This document shows, piece after piece, positions 1-8,051 of a DNA stretch of 43,426 nucleotides (within the stretch, counting starts at the first letter, position 1; each line of letters starts with the position of its first letter). Below the pieces are notes generated by a model, which was given only the letters and a program-made list of their open reading frames with translations, made no database searches and was not told where the DNA came from. The stretch is from a virus (lineage: Duplodnaviria; Caudoviricetes). Position numbers and translations under genes: made by a program. The stretch spans positions 1 to 43,426 of the IMG/VR virus record IMGVR_UViG_3300044957_000820. The stretch is one strand, 5' to 3'.

Positions 1-65
1 GAACGCGTGAAGCGCACGTGGCAGTGCGTCGTGTTCGGCGAGTCGATGCGGATGTCGAGTTCCAT
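1..65 (-). CDS. 5' part of a small early gene, truncated by window edge (MELDIRIDSPNTTHCHVRFTR...)
   Basis: ATG at 65 on minus strand, 11 nt downstream of HDV-like ribozyme A; open to the window edge; same CACACAC-ATG context as the gene starting at 42912. Confidence 0.55.
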   Translation of the reverse strand, partial: MELDIRIDSPNTTHCHVRFTR

Positions 66-76
66 GTGTGTGAGTG

Positions 77-142
77 GAGACCTTGGCCGTCGCGACGTGC
101 GACGTTTCCAGCAGCACCACGCGGAGGTGGTCTCGTGCTGCC
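77..142 (-). ncRNA. HDV-like self-cleaving ribozyme (copy A)
   Basis: Minus strand reads GGCAGC-AC-GAGACC-ACC-UCCGCGU-GGU-GCUGCU-GG-AAA-CGUCGC-ACGUC-GCGACG-GCCAA-GGUCUC. This maps to P1 (6 bp, G1.U wobble), P2, P3, L3 with UCC, P1.1 GG, P4 and J4/2 with the catalytic C, as in the HDV antigenomic ribozyme. Confidence 0.85.
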
Positions 143-167
143 ATGCGTGCCCCTGGCACGCGATCAG

Positions 168-578
168 TCAGACGCACTCCTCGTAGTTGGAGGCCGCTTC
201 GGTGTTGCCGACGGACAGGCTCGCGAGGAGTCTCGACCCGAGCGGCGAGCTTTCGCGCGGAAGCAGCAGGTTGACGTTGCCGCTGTAGCCGATGAGGTTC
301 TTCGCGTAGCGGCCACCGCCGGTCTCCTTCTCTTCCACGTTGACCTCCACGGAGAGGTCGTCGGCCTGAGCTTCGGCGATCGGGCCCGGCAGCGTCACCG
401 TGTACTGGTCCTCGAAGTCGAAGCACTTGAGTTCCTGGCCGCAGTCGGCGCAGTTGCGCGAGACGTGAACGGTCACGGTGATCTCGACGGTGTCTTCTTC
501 GATGCTGTCGATGCTCGCGTCGGTGTCGGTGATCTCGGTTTCGAGGGAGACGAACTTGTTGCAGTCAGGGCAGCGCAT
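168..578 (-). CDS. acidic hypothetical protein with CxxC...CxxC zinc-binding motifs
   Basis: 136-aa ORF with CPDC and CADC motifs; typical codon usage; flanked by the two HDV-like ribozymes. Confidence 0.75.
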   Translation of the reverse strand: MRCPDCNKFVSLETEITDTDASIDSIEEDTVEITVTVHVSRNCADCGQELKCFDFEDQYTVTLPGPIAEAQADDLSVEVNVEEKETGGGRYAKNLIGYSGNVNLLLPRESSPLGSRLLASLSVGNTEAASNYEECV

Positions 579-593
579 GGTCGTGTGTGGGGT

Positions 594-662
594 GAGATCG
601 TTGGTCGCAGCGACGTGCTGCGCTTCCAGGCGACACCACGTGGAGGTGATCTCGTGTCGCCC
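594..662 (-). ncRNA. HDV-like self-cleaving ribozyme (copy B)
   Basis: Minus strand reads GGGCGAC-AC-GAGAUC-ACC-UCCACGU-GGU-GUCGCCU-GG-AAG-CGCAGC-ACGUC-GCUGCG-ACCAAC-GAUCUC. Canonical 7-bp P1 with G1.U; compensatory changes versus copy A in P1, P2 and P4. Confidence 0.9.
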
Positions 663-872
663 ATGGCGACCCAGGTCGGTGCTTCCGTCCTGAGCGAGCG
701 CGTCGTTGCCTCCGCACTCAGTCGCCCCGCTTCACTGCGATAACCGGCCACCTTGTGGGTGGTCAGCCGGGGCCTCGGCGCGCGTTCTCTCGCGCGCACA
801 GCACGCGCGAGGGTCTCTCGCGCGGCGTCGCTCTCGTTGTCAGCGGTCGTTCGCTTCACAGCGATCGACCAT
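663..872 (-). ncRNA. structured 5' leader / putative small RNA upstream of ribozyme B
   Basis: ~210 nt with several hairpins, a duplicated AUCGC(U/A)GUGAAGCG stem-loop, and a CG-GA-G-GCAA-C-GA-CG tandem-GA/GNRA hairpin; no convincing ORF. Confidence 0.45.
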
Positions 873-879
873 GGATGCA

Positions 880-907
880 ATCATCTCACAATCGGCTGCA
901 GATGCAA
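880..907 (-). promoter_or_regulatory. putative sigma70-type leftward early promoter
   Basis: TTGCAT (907-902), 16-nt spacer, GATGAT (885-880) in a locally AT-richer patch between the divergent operons. Confidence 0.4.
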
Positions 908-1047
908 GCATTTGTGACCTCCGCAACTGCTGGAAGATCCAGCACTTGCGGCGACGCCCGCGCTGGGGGCCTACTGGAAGGGCCCTCGGGGCCGTCTGGG
1001 GACGTTCAGACGGGGCGGCTTCGGGGGCACCGGAAGCAGGCGAGAAA

Positions 1048-1437
1048 GTGATTCTGAGACCCGATCTCATCTCGGTGGTCGAGGGCGCGAAGCCCGCGCT
1101 GCGTGCACGCGTGTACAGCGCGGACGGCTCGCTGCTGGTCGTCGATGACGTCGACTCGATCGAGGCTGCGCTCTACGACCTCGACAGCATCGCGGTCGAT
1201 GCGCCAGTGCTCTCGGCGATGTTCAGTCCGCCGTACGGCGGCGTCGTCACTGCGCTCACCGTCGATGGCACGTGGGATCTCGACAGCACTGGCTTCAACG
1301 TCAAGGCCACGGTCATCACCGACAGCCTTGGCATCGGCGGCCACATGTGCCGCTACGAGATGCGCATCTTCGAGAGCAGCGGCGAGGTGCACACGATCGC
1401 GTGGAACATCGAAGTGAGGTCTGCGCTCGGTGCCTAA
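1048..1437 (+). CDS. hypothetical beta-rich protein, possibly virion-associated (BppU-N-like Ig fold)
   Basis: Coding-like part of ORF 706..1437 begins at GTG 1048; beta-strand pattern ending YEMRIFESSGEVHTIAWNIEV; overlaps the next gene. Confidence 0.55.
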   Translation: MILRPDLISVVEGAKPALRARVYSADGSLLVVDDVDSIEAALYDLDSIAVDAPVLSAMFSPPYGGVVTALTVDGTWDLDSTGFNVKATVITDSLGIGGHMCRYEMRIFESSGEVHTIAWNIEVRSALGA

Positions 1438-1780
1438 CCTGAAGCCCAACACCTCGGGACTGCGGCCGTTCAAGCGTGGCGAGCGTCGTCACGGAGGCGG
1501 TGGTCGCGCGCGCATCTTCGACAAGGCGATGCGCCAAGCGATGAGCGAAGAGGATCGCATCGCGATCGTGCGCAACATCATCGAGATCGCGAAGGGCGAG
1601 AAGGGCAAGGTCGGCGATCAGGTCGCAGCTGCGCGCTTCATCATCGAGCGCATCGACGGCAAGACGCCGTTCGAGCACGACCACAAGATCGTCACGCCCG
1701 GCGTCATCCTCAACGTCGACGTGGGTCGCGAGGTGCGCGATCTTCCGCCGCTGCCGATCGGCGTGAAGGAGATCACGTGA
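1430..1780 (+). CDS. terminase small subunit (putative)
   Basis: N-terminal GLRPFKRGE motif, 116 aa, immediately upstream of and overlapping terL (GTGA). Confidence 0.7.
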   Translation: MPNLKPNTSGLRPFKRGERRHGGGGRARIFDKAMRQAMSEEDRIAIVRNIIEIAKGEKGKVGDQVAAARFIIERIDGKTPFEHDHKIVTPGVILNVDVGREVRDLPPLPIGVKEIT

Positions 1781-3198
1781 CGCATCGCATCCGCGGTGGG
1801 CCGGCGAAGCTCTTCACGAGCACGCAAGCGCGCGCTGCGAAGGGCGGCGTGCACAAGGTGCTGCTCGATGGCCCCGCGGGCACGGGCAAGAGCTTCGGCA
1901 TCCTCGCGTACCTCACGTGGCTGTCGAGCGTGTACGACGGACTGCGCGTGCTCGTCGTGCGCCAGACGCGCGCCTCGCTGACCGAGAGCGCGTGCGCCAC
2001 CCTGGCCCGCGTGCTCGGCGACGGACATCCGGCACTGCAGGGCGCTGGCGCGAACAACCGCGACAGCTACGACATCGAGAAGGCGCACTGGTCGCTCGGG
2101 TCACTCGAGCATCCCGACCGGCTCTACTCGACCGACTGGGACGTGGTGTACGTGCAGGAAGCGCGTGAGATCGCGCACGAGTCGTGGCTCAAGTTCAGCC
2201 GCGCGCTGCGCTCGAACCGCATGCCGTTCCAGCTGCTGCTCGCGGACACGAACCCCGACGCCGAGGATCACTGGCTCAACGTCTCGTGCTCCGACCTGGG
2301 CGGCGACATCGAGCGCATCCGCTGCTACCACACGGACAACCCGATGCTGTGGGACGCCGAGCGCGAGGAGTGGACGACGTTCGGCGCCGGCTTCGTGCAG
2401 AACCTCGCGGCGCTGCCGGGCTATCTGCGCAAGCAGCTGTACGAGGGCATCTGGTGCTCGGCTGAGGGTTCGGTGCTTCCGCAGTACCAGCGCGAGCGTC
2501 ACTGCGTCGACGCGATCCCGCACGGCGCGAAGATCGCGTACCACTTCGGTGCGCTCGACTGGGGCTGGACTGACGCGCAGGTCATGCAGATGTGGGCGGT
2601 CACCGAGGCGATGCGCATGTACCGCGTCGCTGAGATCTACCGCACCAACGAGAACAGCGACTGGTGGGGCGATCGCGTTGTCGAGATGCGCCAGGAGTTC
2701 AAGCCGGTGCGCTTCGTCGCTGACCCCTCGAGGCCCGAGTCGATCGATCTGCTCAACGCGCGCCTCGGCTCACGCGGCACGTCACAGATCGTGATCCCGG
2801 CCGACAACAAGCGCGCGACGACAGGCGTCGGCGACCTGGGTGGCATCGACGTGATGCGCTCGATGTTCGAGCGCAATCAGATCTTCTTCGTGCGCAACGC
2901 GAACCGGCACATCGACGAGCAGCTCCGCTCGAAGCGCATGCCGTGGTGCACGGAGATGGAGCTGCCCGGCGTCGTGCACGAGCGCGACCGTGTCACCGGC
3001 CGCATCCTCGACCGCGTGAAGCAGGGCATCCCCGACCACGGCTTCGACACCACGCGCTACGCGGCGAAGTTCGTGCACACGTACAAGCTCGCGCCGAAGC
3101 AGCAGAACGTGCAGACGTACAAGGCCGGATCTTGGGGCGATCGACTGCGTCACGCTGATGTGCATGAGCGCCTGATGGAGGTCGAACTCGATGTTTGA
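1777..3198 (+). CDS. terL: terminase large subunit
   Basis: Walker A GPAGTGKS, Walker B-like VVYVQEA, DTNP coupling motif, nuclease motifs ALDWGW and DHGFDTTRY. Confidence 0.93.
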   Translation: MTHRIRGGPAKLFTSTQARAAKGGVHKVLLDGPAGTGKSFGILAYLTWLSSVYDGLRVLVVRQTRASLTESACATLARVLGDGHPALQGAGANNRDSYDIEKAHWSLGSLEHPDRLYSTDWDVVYVQEAREIAHESWLKFSRALRSNRMPFQLLLADTNPDAEDHWLNVSCSDLGGDIERIRCYHTDNPMLWDAEREEWTTFGAGFVQNLAALPGYLRKQLYEGIWCSAEGSVLPQYQRERHCVDAIPHGAKIAYHFGALDWGWTDAQVMQMWAVTEAMRMYRVAEIYRTNENSDWWGDRVVEMRQEFKPVRFVADPSRPESIDLLNARLGSRGTSQIVIPADNKRATTGVGDLGGIDVMRSMFERNQIFFVRNANRHIDEQLRSKRMPWCTEMELPGVVHERDRVTGRILDRVKQGIPDHGFDTTRYAAKFVHTYKLAPKQQNVQTYKAGSWGDRLRHADVHERLMEVELDV

Positions 3199-5038
3199 CA
3201 TCAGCCCGAACAACCTCGCGCGCGAGCGTGATCAGGCGCGCGAGACGATCAAGGCGCACCTCGACTCGCTCGATGATTCGGTCGATCGCTACGTCGGCCG
3301 TCACTACGGGCGATCGCGCGTCACGAAGAAGTACCAGCCAGAGAACCACGAGTACGAGTTCGTCTCGCTCATGGTGCCGCGGCTCGTGTTCGCGAATCCG
3401 AAGGTGAAGGTCACCACGCGCAGGCTCGGCAAACCCGCGATCGTGGCCCGCTCGATGCACCACGGCATGAACCGCTGGGTCGAGGACGAGGGCTACAAGT
3501 CGACGTTGCGCACGATCTGCGTCGACTTCCTGCTGCGCTGGGGCGTGTCGATCACGCTGCCCAAGCAGCGCAAGGGCCGCGGCAAGATCCCCAAGCCTGA
3601 CGGCAGCACGAGCGAGTTCCCGTGGGTGCCGACAACGAAGCGCCTCTCGACGCGTGACGTGTACTGGGACACGCTCGCAACCGACCGCTCCGACCTCGCG
3701 TTCATCGGGCACCGCATCACGCGCTACAAGGACGACGTGCTGCGCGAGGCGCGCGAGAACCCACAGATGGGTTGGAACGTGAGCGCGATCGAGTCCGTCC
3801 CCGTCAATCGCAAGGACGATGAGCCGCGGAACGAGCGGCGTGACCGCGGCGAGATCACGTACGACGTGATCTGGGTGCGGCACCACAGGCTCGAGGGCAA
3901 GCCAGGGCCGGAAGAGGGCTTCAACGGCGTCGTCTGCACGATCGCGACAGGCAGCGGCGGCGACAACGTTGAGCTGCGCGAGCCGTTCCCGTGCTACTGC
4001 CCGCCGTGGGGTCCGTACACGTTCTACGGCGCGCACGTCGTGCCGGACGAGACGATCCCGCTGAGCCCCGTCGTTCCCGTGCTTGGTCAGGTCGAGGAGC
4101 TGAACGCGGCGGCGCGTGCGTACCGCGAAAGCGTGAAGCGGCGTAAGAAGATCGGCGTCACGAACTCGATCGAGGAGAAGATCGGGCTCAAGTTCCAGAA
4201 GGCTCGCGACGGCGACGTGATTGACATCGCCGGCTTCATGAAGGACATGATCGCCGAGATCGAACTCGGCGGCCCGAGCGCGGATCAGGCGTACGCGATC
4301 GAGATGTTCAAGCGCACGCTGGCGAACATCAGCGGCATCGACGATGCGCAGCGCGGCGCAGTGACCGGGCGCGGCACTGCGACCGAGAACGCGATCGCGA
4401 GCCAGAACGCCGGCGTGCGCACAAACGGCATCAACGACGCGTGGACCGACGCGGTCGCGTCGAACCTGAAGACGGTCGCGTGGTATCTGTTCCACGACAA
4501 CCGCGTGGCGATGCCTGTTGGCCCCGAGGCCGCGATGGAACTCGGCATTCCGCCTGAGATCGGCGAAGACGGCGCGATCTACATGCCCGACCCGTGGCTG
4601 CACGGCGGCATGCACGAGGAGCTGAGCGGCTTCGCGTTCGAGGACCTCGAGCTGTGCATCGAGCCGTACTCGATGGAGCGCACGAGTGAGGGGCGCCAGC
4701 AGCAGCAGCTGGACTTCCTGCTGCGCTTCGCTCTCGAGGTCGCGCCGGCGATCCCGATGAATCCGCACGTGCGCTGGCAGGAGTGGATGCAGGCTGCGAG
4801 CGATCTCGCGAACCAGCCGCTGTTCGCGCGCATCGTCGACATGAACGTCGCGTCTCAGATGTCGCAGATGGGCATGGCGCTTCAAGTGCAAGAGGCCCAG
4901 GCGAAGTCCGAGGGCCCGAAGCAGGAGGCGTACCAGGGCAGCGCGAAGCCATCGATCGTGATCCCGCCGGGCGCTGCGCGCGGCGGCAGAAGCACGCCTG
5001 CGAGCGGTGCGAAGGAGAAGTCGAAGAGTGCTGTATGA
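3191..5038 (+). CDS. portal protein
   Basis: 615 aa directly after terL; portal-like segment ISGIDDAQRG...TATEN; Q-rich C-terminal region. Confidence 0.85.
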   Translation: MFDISPNNLARERDQARETIKAHLDSLDDSVDRYVGRHYGRSRVTKKYQPENHEYEFVSLMVPRLVFANPKVKVTTRRLGKPAIVARSMHHGMNRWVEDEGYKSTLRTICVDFLLRWGVSITLPKQRKGRGKIPKPDGSTSEFPWVPTTKRLSTRDVYWDTLATDRSDLAFIGHRITRYKDDVLREARENPQMGWNVSAIESVPVNRKDDEPRNERRDRGEITYDVIWVRHHRLEGKPGPEEGFNGVVCTIATGSGGDNVELREPFPCYCPPWGPYTFYGAHVVPDETIPLSPVVPVLGQVEELNAAARAYRESVKRRKKIGVTNSIEEKIGLKFQKARDGDVIDIAGFMKDMIAEIELGGPSADQAYAIEMFKRTLANISGIDDAQRGAVTGRGTATENAIASQNAGVRTNGINDAWTDAVASNLKTVAWYLFHDNRVAMPVGPEAAMELGIPPEIGEDGAIYMPDPWLHGGMHEELSGFAFEDLELCIEPYSMERTSEGRQQQQLDFLLRFALEVAPAIPMNPHVRWQEWMQAASDLANQPLFARIVDMNVASQMSQMGMALQVQEAQAKSEGPKQEAYQGSAKPSIVIPPGAARGGRSTPASGAKEKSKSAV

Positions 5039-5366
5039 GTTCGAGCGCGTCGGCGGCGGCGAGTACGCCACGTTCGACTTCCCCATCGGTCGCGCGCCCA
5101 AGATCGGCGCGACGATCCGTCGCAACGGTCGGCGGTACGTGCGGATTCCGTCGAGCCCGCAGGTGCCCAGCACGAACTACCACACGAAGTACAGCTTCAT
5201 GTCCCGCTCGCTGCCGAAGGACCCCGGCAACAAGCGCGGTATGTACCCCAGGGTCGACAAGCAAGGGCGCCCGCTGTTCGCGAGCAAGCGCGAAGTGAGC
5301 GAGGTTGTAGCCCGTAGCGAGGGAGGACTGATCTATGACGCAGGAACAGAGCACATCGACAGCTGA
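5028..5366 (+). CDS. small hypothetical protein (FmdB-like position and 'LYEF' start)
   Basis: GTG at 5028 with AAGGAG upstream; lies between portal and scaffold. Confidence 0.6.
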   Translation: MLYEFERVGGGEYATFDFPIGRAPKIGATIRRNGRRYVRIPSSPQVPSTNYHTKYSFMSRSLPKDPGNKRGMYPRVDKQGRPLFASKREVSEVVARSEGGLIYDAGTEHIDS

Positions 5367-6234
5367 GTCGAAGCCGCTCGAGCGCACCGCGGCGCAAGTC
5401 ACCATGGGTGGCTTGCCGCTCGACGAGACCGCGACGCGCGCCGCGTTCGACAGGCTCTTCAACGCAGCGCCAGACACGCGCGCGCAGCAGGCCAACCTGC
5501 TGGAGAGCACCATGAAGACCACGCCGGCGGACCAACAGCCGCCGGCGCAGCCCGGGAAGTCTCTGAAGGGAACAGCCGACTACGACAAGGCGGTCAAGGC
5601 CCTGGAACTCGACGGGATTCCGAAGGCGCTGCTGGAGTCTTGGCCGGAGGAGAAGATCGTCGAGATCGGTCTCCACCGCTCCAAGGTTCACGCAGACGTG
5701 GACAGCAAGCTGAACGGCGCCAAGCCGAAGACCGAAGAGAAGGCACAGTCGCAGGAGCAGACCGACGCGAAGGCGCTCGGGCTGACGGACGCGGCCAAGG
5801 CCCTCTACGAGGAAGTCGGCGAGGACACCGGCAAGCTGCTGACCGGCTACCTGGAGCAGGCGATCAGGGCGGAAGGAGCCAAGCTCATCGAGCAGTTCCA
5901 GTCCGCACTGATGAGCCTGCACATGGAGCGGTTGCAGGAGAAGCTCGGCGTCGAGTCGAGCACGTGGGGCAAGGTCGTCGAGCAGATGGGCGTGCTGTCG
6001 GAGACCGGTCGCTACAGCGACCTGGATTCCCTGGCACGCGATGCCATGAAGCTCGTCGGCCACGCCCCTCAACCGTCGCGTGATTCGCGCGCGACGGCTT
6101 CGCCAGAGGTGCCTTCGGCGCGTGCGCGCCCGCAGCCTCTCACGTTGGAAGAGCGCGAGAAGGCGGCCTTTTTCGAGCTGCTGAACTCGCGCGACGTGGA
6201 CACGGCGAAGCGGACGTTCCAGCGGACCTCCTGA
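5335..6234 (+). CDS. capsid scaffolding protein (putative)
   Basis: Helical, charged 299-aa protein immediately upstream of the capsid gene. Confidence 0.7.
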   Translation: MTQEQSTSTAESKPLERTAAQVTMGGLPLDETATRAAFDRLFNAAPDTRAQQANLLESTMKTTPADQQPPAQPGKSLKGTADYDKAVKALELDGIPKALLESWPEEKIVEIGLHRSKVHADVDSKLNGAKPKTEEKAQSQEQTDAKALGLTDAAKALYEEVGEDTGKLLTGYLEQAIRAEGAKLIEQFQSALMSLHMERLQEKLGVESSTWGKVVEQMGVLSETGRYSDLDSLARDAMKLVGHAPQPSRDSRATASPEVPSARARPQPLTLEEREKAAFFELLNSRDVDTAKRTFQRTS

Positions 6235-6248
6235 ACTGAGGAATCCAA

Positions 6249-7415
6249 ATGCCCAGCCTGAATCTCTTCACCGACTTCGTCCTGACGACTGGCGAGGCCA
6301 TCGCGACCGGCGCCGACCAGATCGTCTACGACGTGACGAAGAACACCTACTTCCTGCGTCGCATGATCGAAGGCAAGTCCAAGGAGGTCATTCTCCAGGG
6401 CGGCGACAAGATCAAGGACCAGATCATGCTGTCGCTCACCTCGACGCGGCAGCACTACAACCCGAACGAGCCCGTCGACTACATCAACCCGCAGAACCTC
6501 ACCGAGTGGGAGATTCCGTGGCGGTTCACCATCGACCACATGTCGTGGACCGACCAGGAGACCCAGCTCAACGAGGGCGGGATGACGCGCGAAGCGATGT
6601 TCGCGACGTACAAGCGCCTCAAGAGCATCAAGCAGGGCCGCCTGTGGCTCTCGATGATCAACGGCCAGGAGGAAGACCTCTGGGCCGCGCCGGTCAAGGC
6701 CGACATGGAGGACACCGGCTCGCTGACGCCGAAGCCGTACAGCATCCCCGCGTTCGTGAACGAGTTCGCGAACGGCCTGTACGTCTCCAGCAACACCGGC
6801 CAGTGGACGACGAAGATGGGCATCAACCCGTCGACGTACTCGGCCTGGAAGCCGCAGCGCGTTCTGTACGGCTCCGACTACGCCTCGGCCACGGACAACA
6901 CGTGGCAGGTCTGGGGTTCGCTGGACGAGATGGCGCACCTGCTCCAGTTCGACCAGCTTCCGATCCACCCCGAGTACAGCGAGAAGCGCAGCGGCAACGC
7001 CCTCTACGCGTGCTCGAAGTACGCGCGGAAGGAAGTCATGCGCGCCCTCCGTGTCGGCCAGGACCTGTTCCTCGGCAACCGCCAGGACGGCGCCTACCCG
7101 AACCCGATGTACGACGGCATCGAGTTCGTCTACGTCAGCGAGCTGAACGACAAGGCGCTGTACCCGACCGACCTCACTCCGAGCACCAGCGAGGCGCTCG
7201 TGATCGAGACGGCGGCTTCTCTCGATGGTCCGCGCTTCTACGCGCTGAACCTCGACTACCTCGTCCCGTTCTGGCACACGGAGCGGTACTTCAAGTTCCT
7301 CCAGCCCGATCGTCCGCTCAACCAGCCGACGACCACCGTGCTGCCCGTCGACATGTGGCACAACATCGGGTGCCGCTCGCTTCGCCACCAGGGAATCCTC
7401 GCGCCCGGCGCGTGA
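6249..7415 (+). CDS. major capsid protein
   Basis: 388 aa, GAGGA RBS, strongly biased codon use, GGDKIKDQI and terminal RHQGIL motifs typical of HK97-fold capsids; synteny. Confidence 0.85.
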   Translation: MPSLNLFTDFVLTTGEAIATGADQIVYDVTKNTYFLRRMIEGKSKEVILQGGDKIKDQIMLSLTSTRQHYNPNEPVDYINPQNLTEWEIPWRFTIDHMSWTDQETQLNEGGMTREAMFATYKRLKSIKQGRLWLSMINGQEEDLWAAPVKADMEDTGSLTPKPYSIPAFVNEFANGLYVSSNTGQWTTKMGINPSTYSAWKPQRVLYGSDYASATDNTWQVWGSLDEMAHLLQFDQLPIHPEYSEKRSGNALYACSKYARKEVMRALRVGQDLFLGNRQDGAYPNPMYDGIEFVYVSELNDKALYPTDLTPSTSEALVIETAASLDGPRFYALNLDYLVPFWHTERYFKFLQPDRPLNQPTTTVLPVDMWHNIGCRSLRHQGILAPGA

Positions 7416-7452
7416 TCCAAGACCACTCCATCAACAACAAGGAAGAAGACAC

Positions 7453-7992
7453 ATGTTCGGTGCTCAGATTGCAAACGAACTCGGCATCCACATCCGTGAG
7501 ACGTGCCGAGCGAAGAACGCCTCCGGTGGCGCCATCGTCAAGGGTGACGCCATGGTCGCCGACTGGGACAACGACAGCGGCGACGCGACCGCGACGACTC
7601 GACTGGATGGCCCGAACGGCATCACGTCGAACGTCACGAACGTGTCGAACGACACCTTGGCGAAAGCCACGATCGTTCTCGTCGCGCTGCAGGACCTCGC
7701 CGATGACGCGGTCGGGCAGTTCATGGTGATGGGCGTCTGCGACGCGTTCGTGTGCCACATGAACGCGGGCGCGGGCTTCCCGTTCACCGTCACGAAGGGG
7801 ACGCGCCTGCGCGTGCAGAGCGTGTCGTGCGACAAGACCTTCGACATCAACACGGGCTCTGGCACGGGTGGCAACACCTACGCGATCGTCGTCGAGCCCC
7901 CCGCCACGGCGATCCAGGCCACGGGCGTCGCCAACCGCGTCGCCTGCAAGGTCTTCCTCTGCGGCATGTTCGGCCTCGGCCAGCAGTCGTGA
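7453..7992 (+). CDS. capsid decoration/cement protein (putative)
   Basis: Small A/G/T/V-rich protein after the capsid gene, with an IVKGDAMV...GQFMVMG pattern. Confidence 0.6.
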   Translation: MFGAQIANELGIHIRETCRAKNASGGAIVKGDAMVADWDNDSGDATATTRLDGPNGITSNVTNVSNDTLAKATIVLVALQDLADDAVGQFMVMGVCDAFVCHMNAGAGFPFTVTKGTRLRVQSVSCDKTFDINTGSGTGGNTYAIVVEPPATAIQATGVANRVACKVFLCGMFGLGQQS

Positions 7993-8000
7993 CGTGGTCG

Positions 8001-8031
8001 GCGTGCCAGGGGCCGCGCGCTCCTGGCACGC
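8001..8031 (+). terminator. stem-loop after the head genes (terminator or stabiliser)
   Basis: Perfect 10-bp stem GCGTGCCAGG/CCTGGCACGC; only a weak U tail. Confidence 0.5.
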
Positions 8032-8051
8032 CTCATTCGTGAGGTTCGAAC

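Noticed and set aside
663-760. tRNA upstream of the HDV-like ribozymes (theta-ribozyme arrangement)
   Set aside because: No cloverleaf or T-arm GTTCRA motif 5' of either cleavage site
706-1047. N-terminal extension of ORF 706..1437 and ORFs 18..743 and 473..880
   Set aside because: They overlap the ribozymes, structured leader and promoter region, and the translations are low-complexity and non-protein-like
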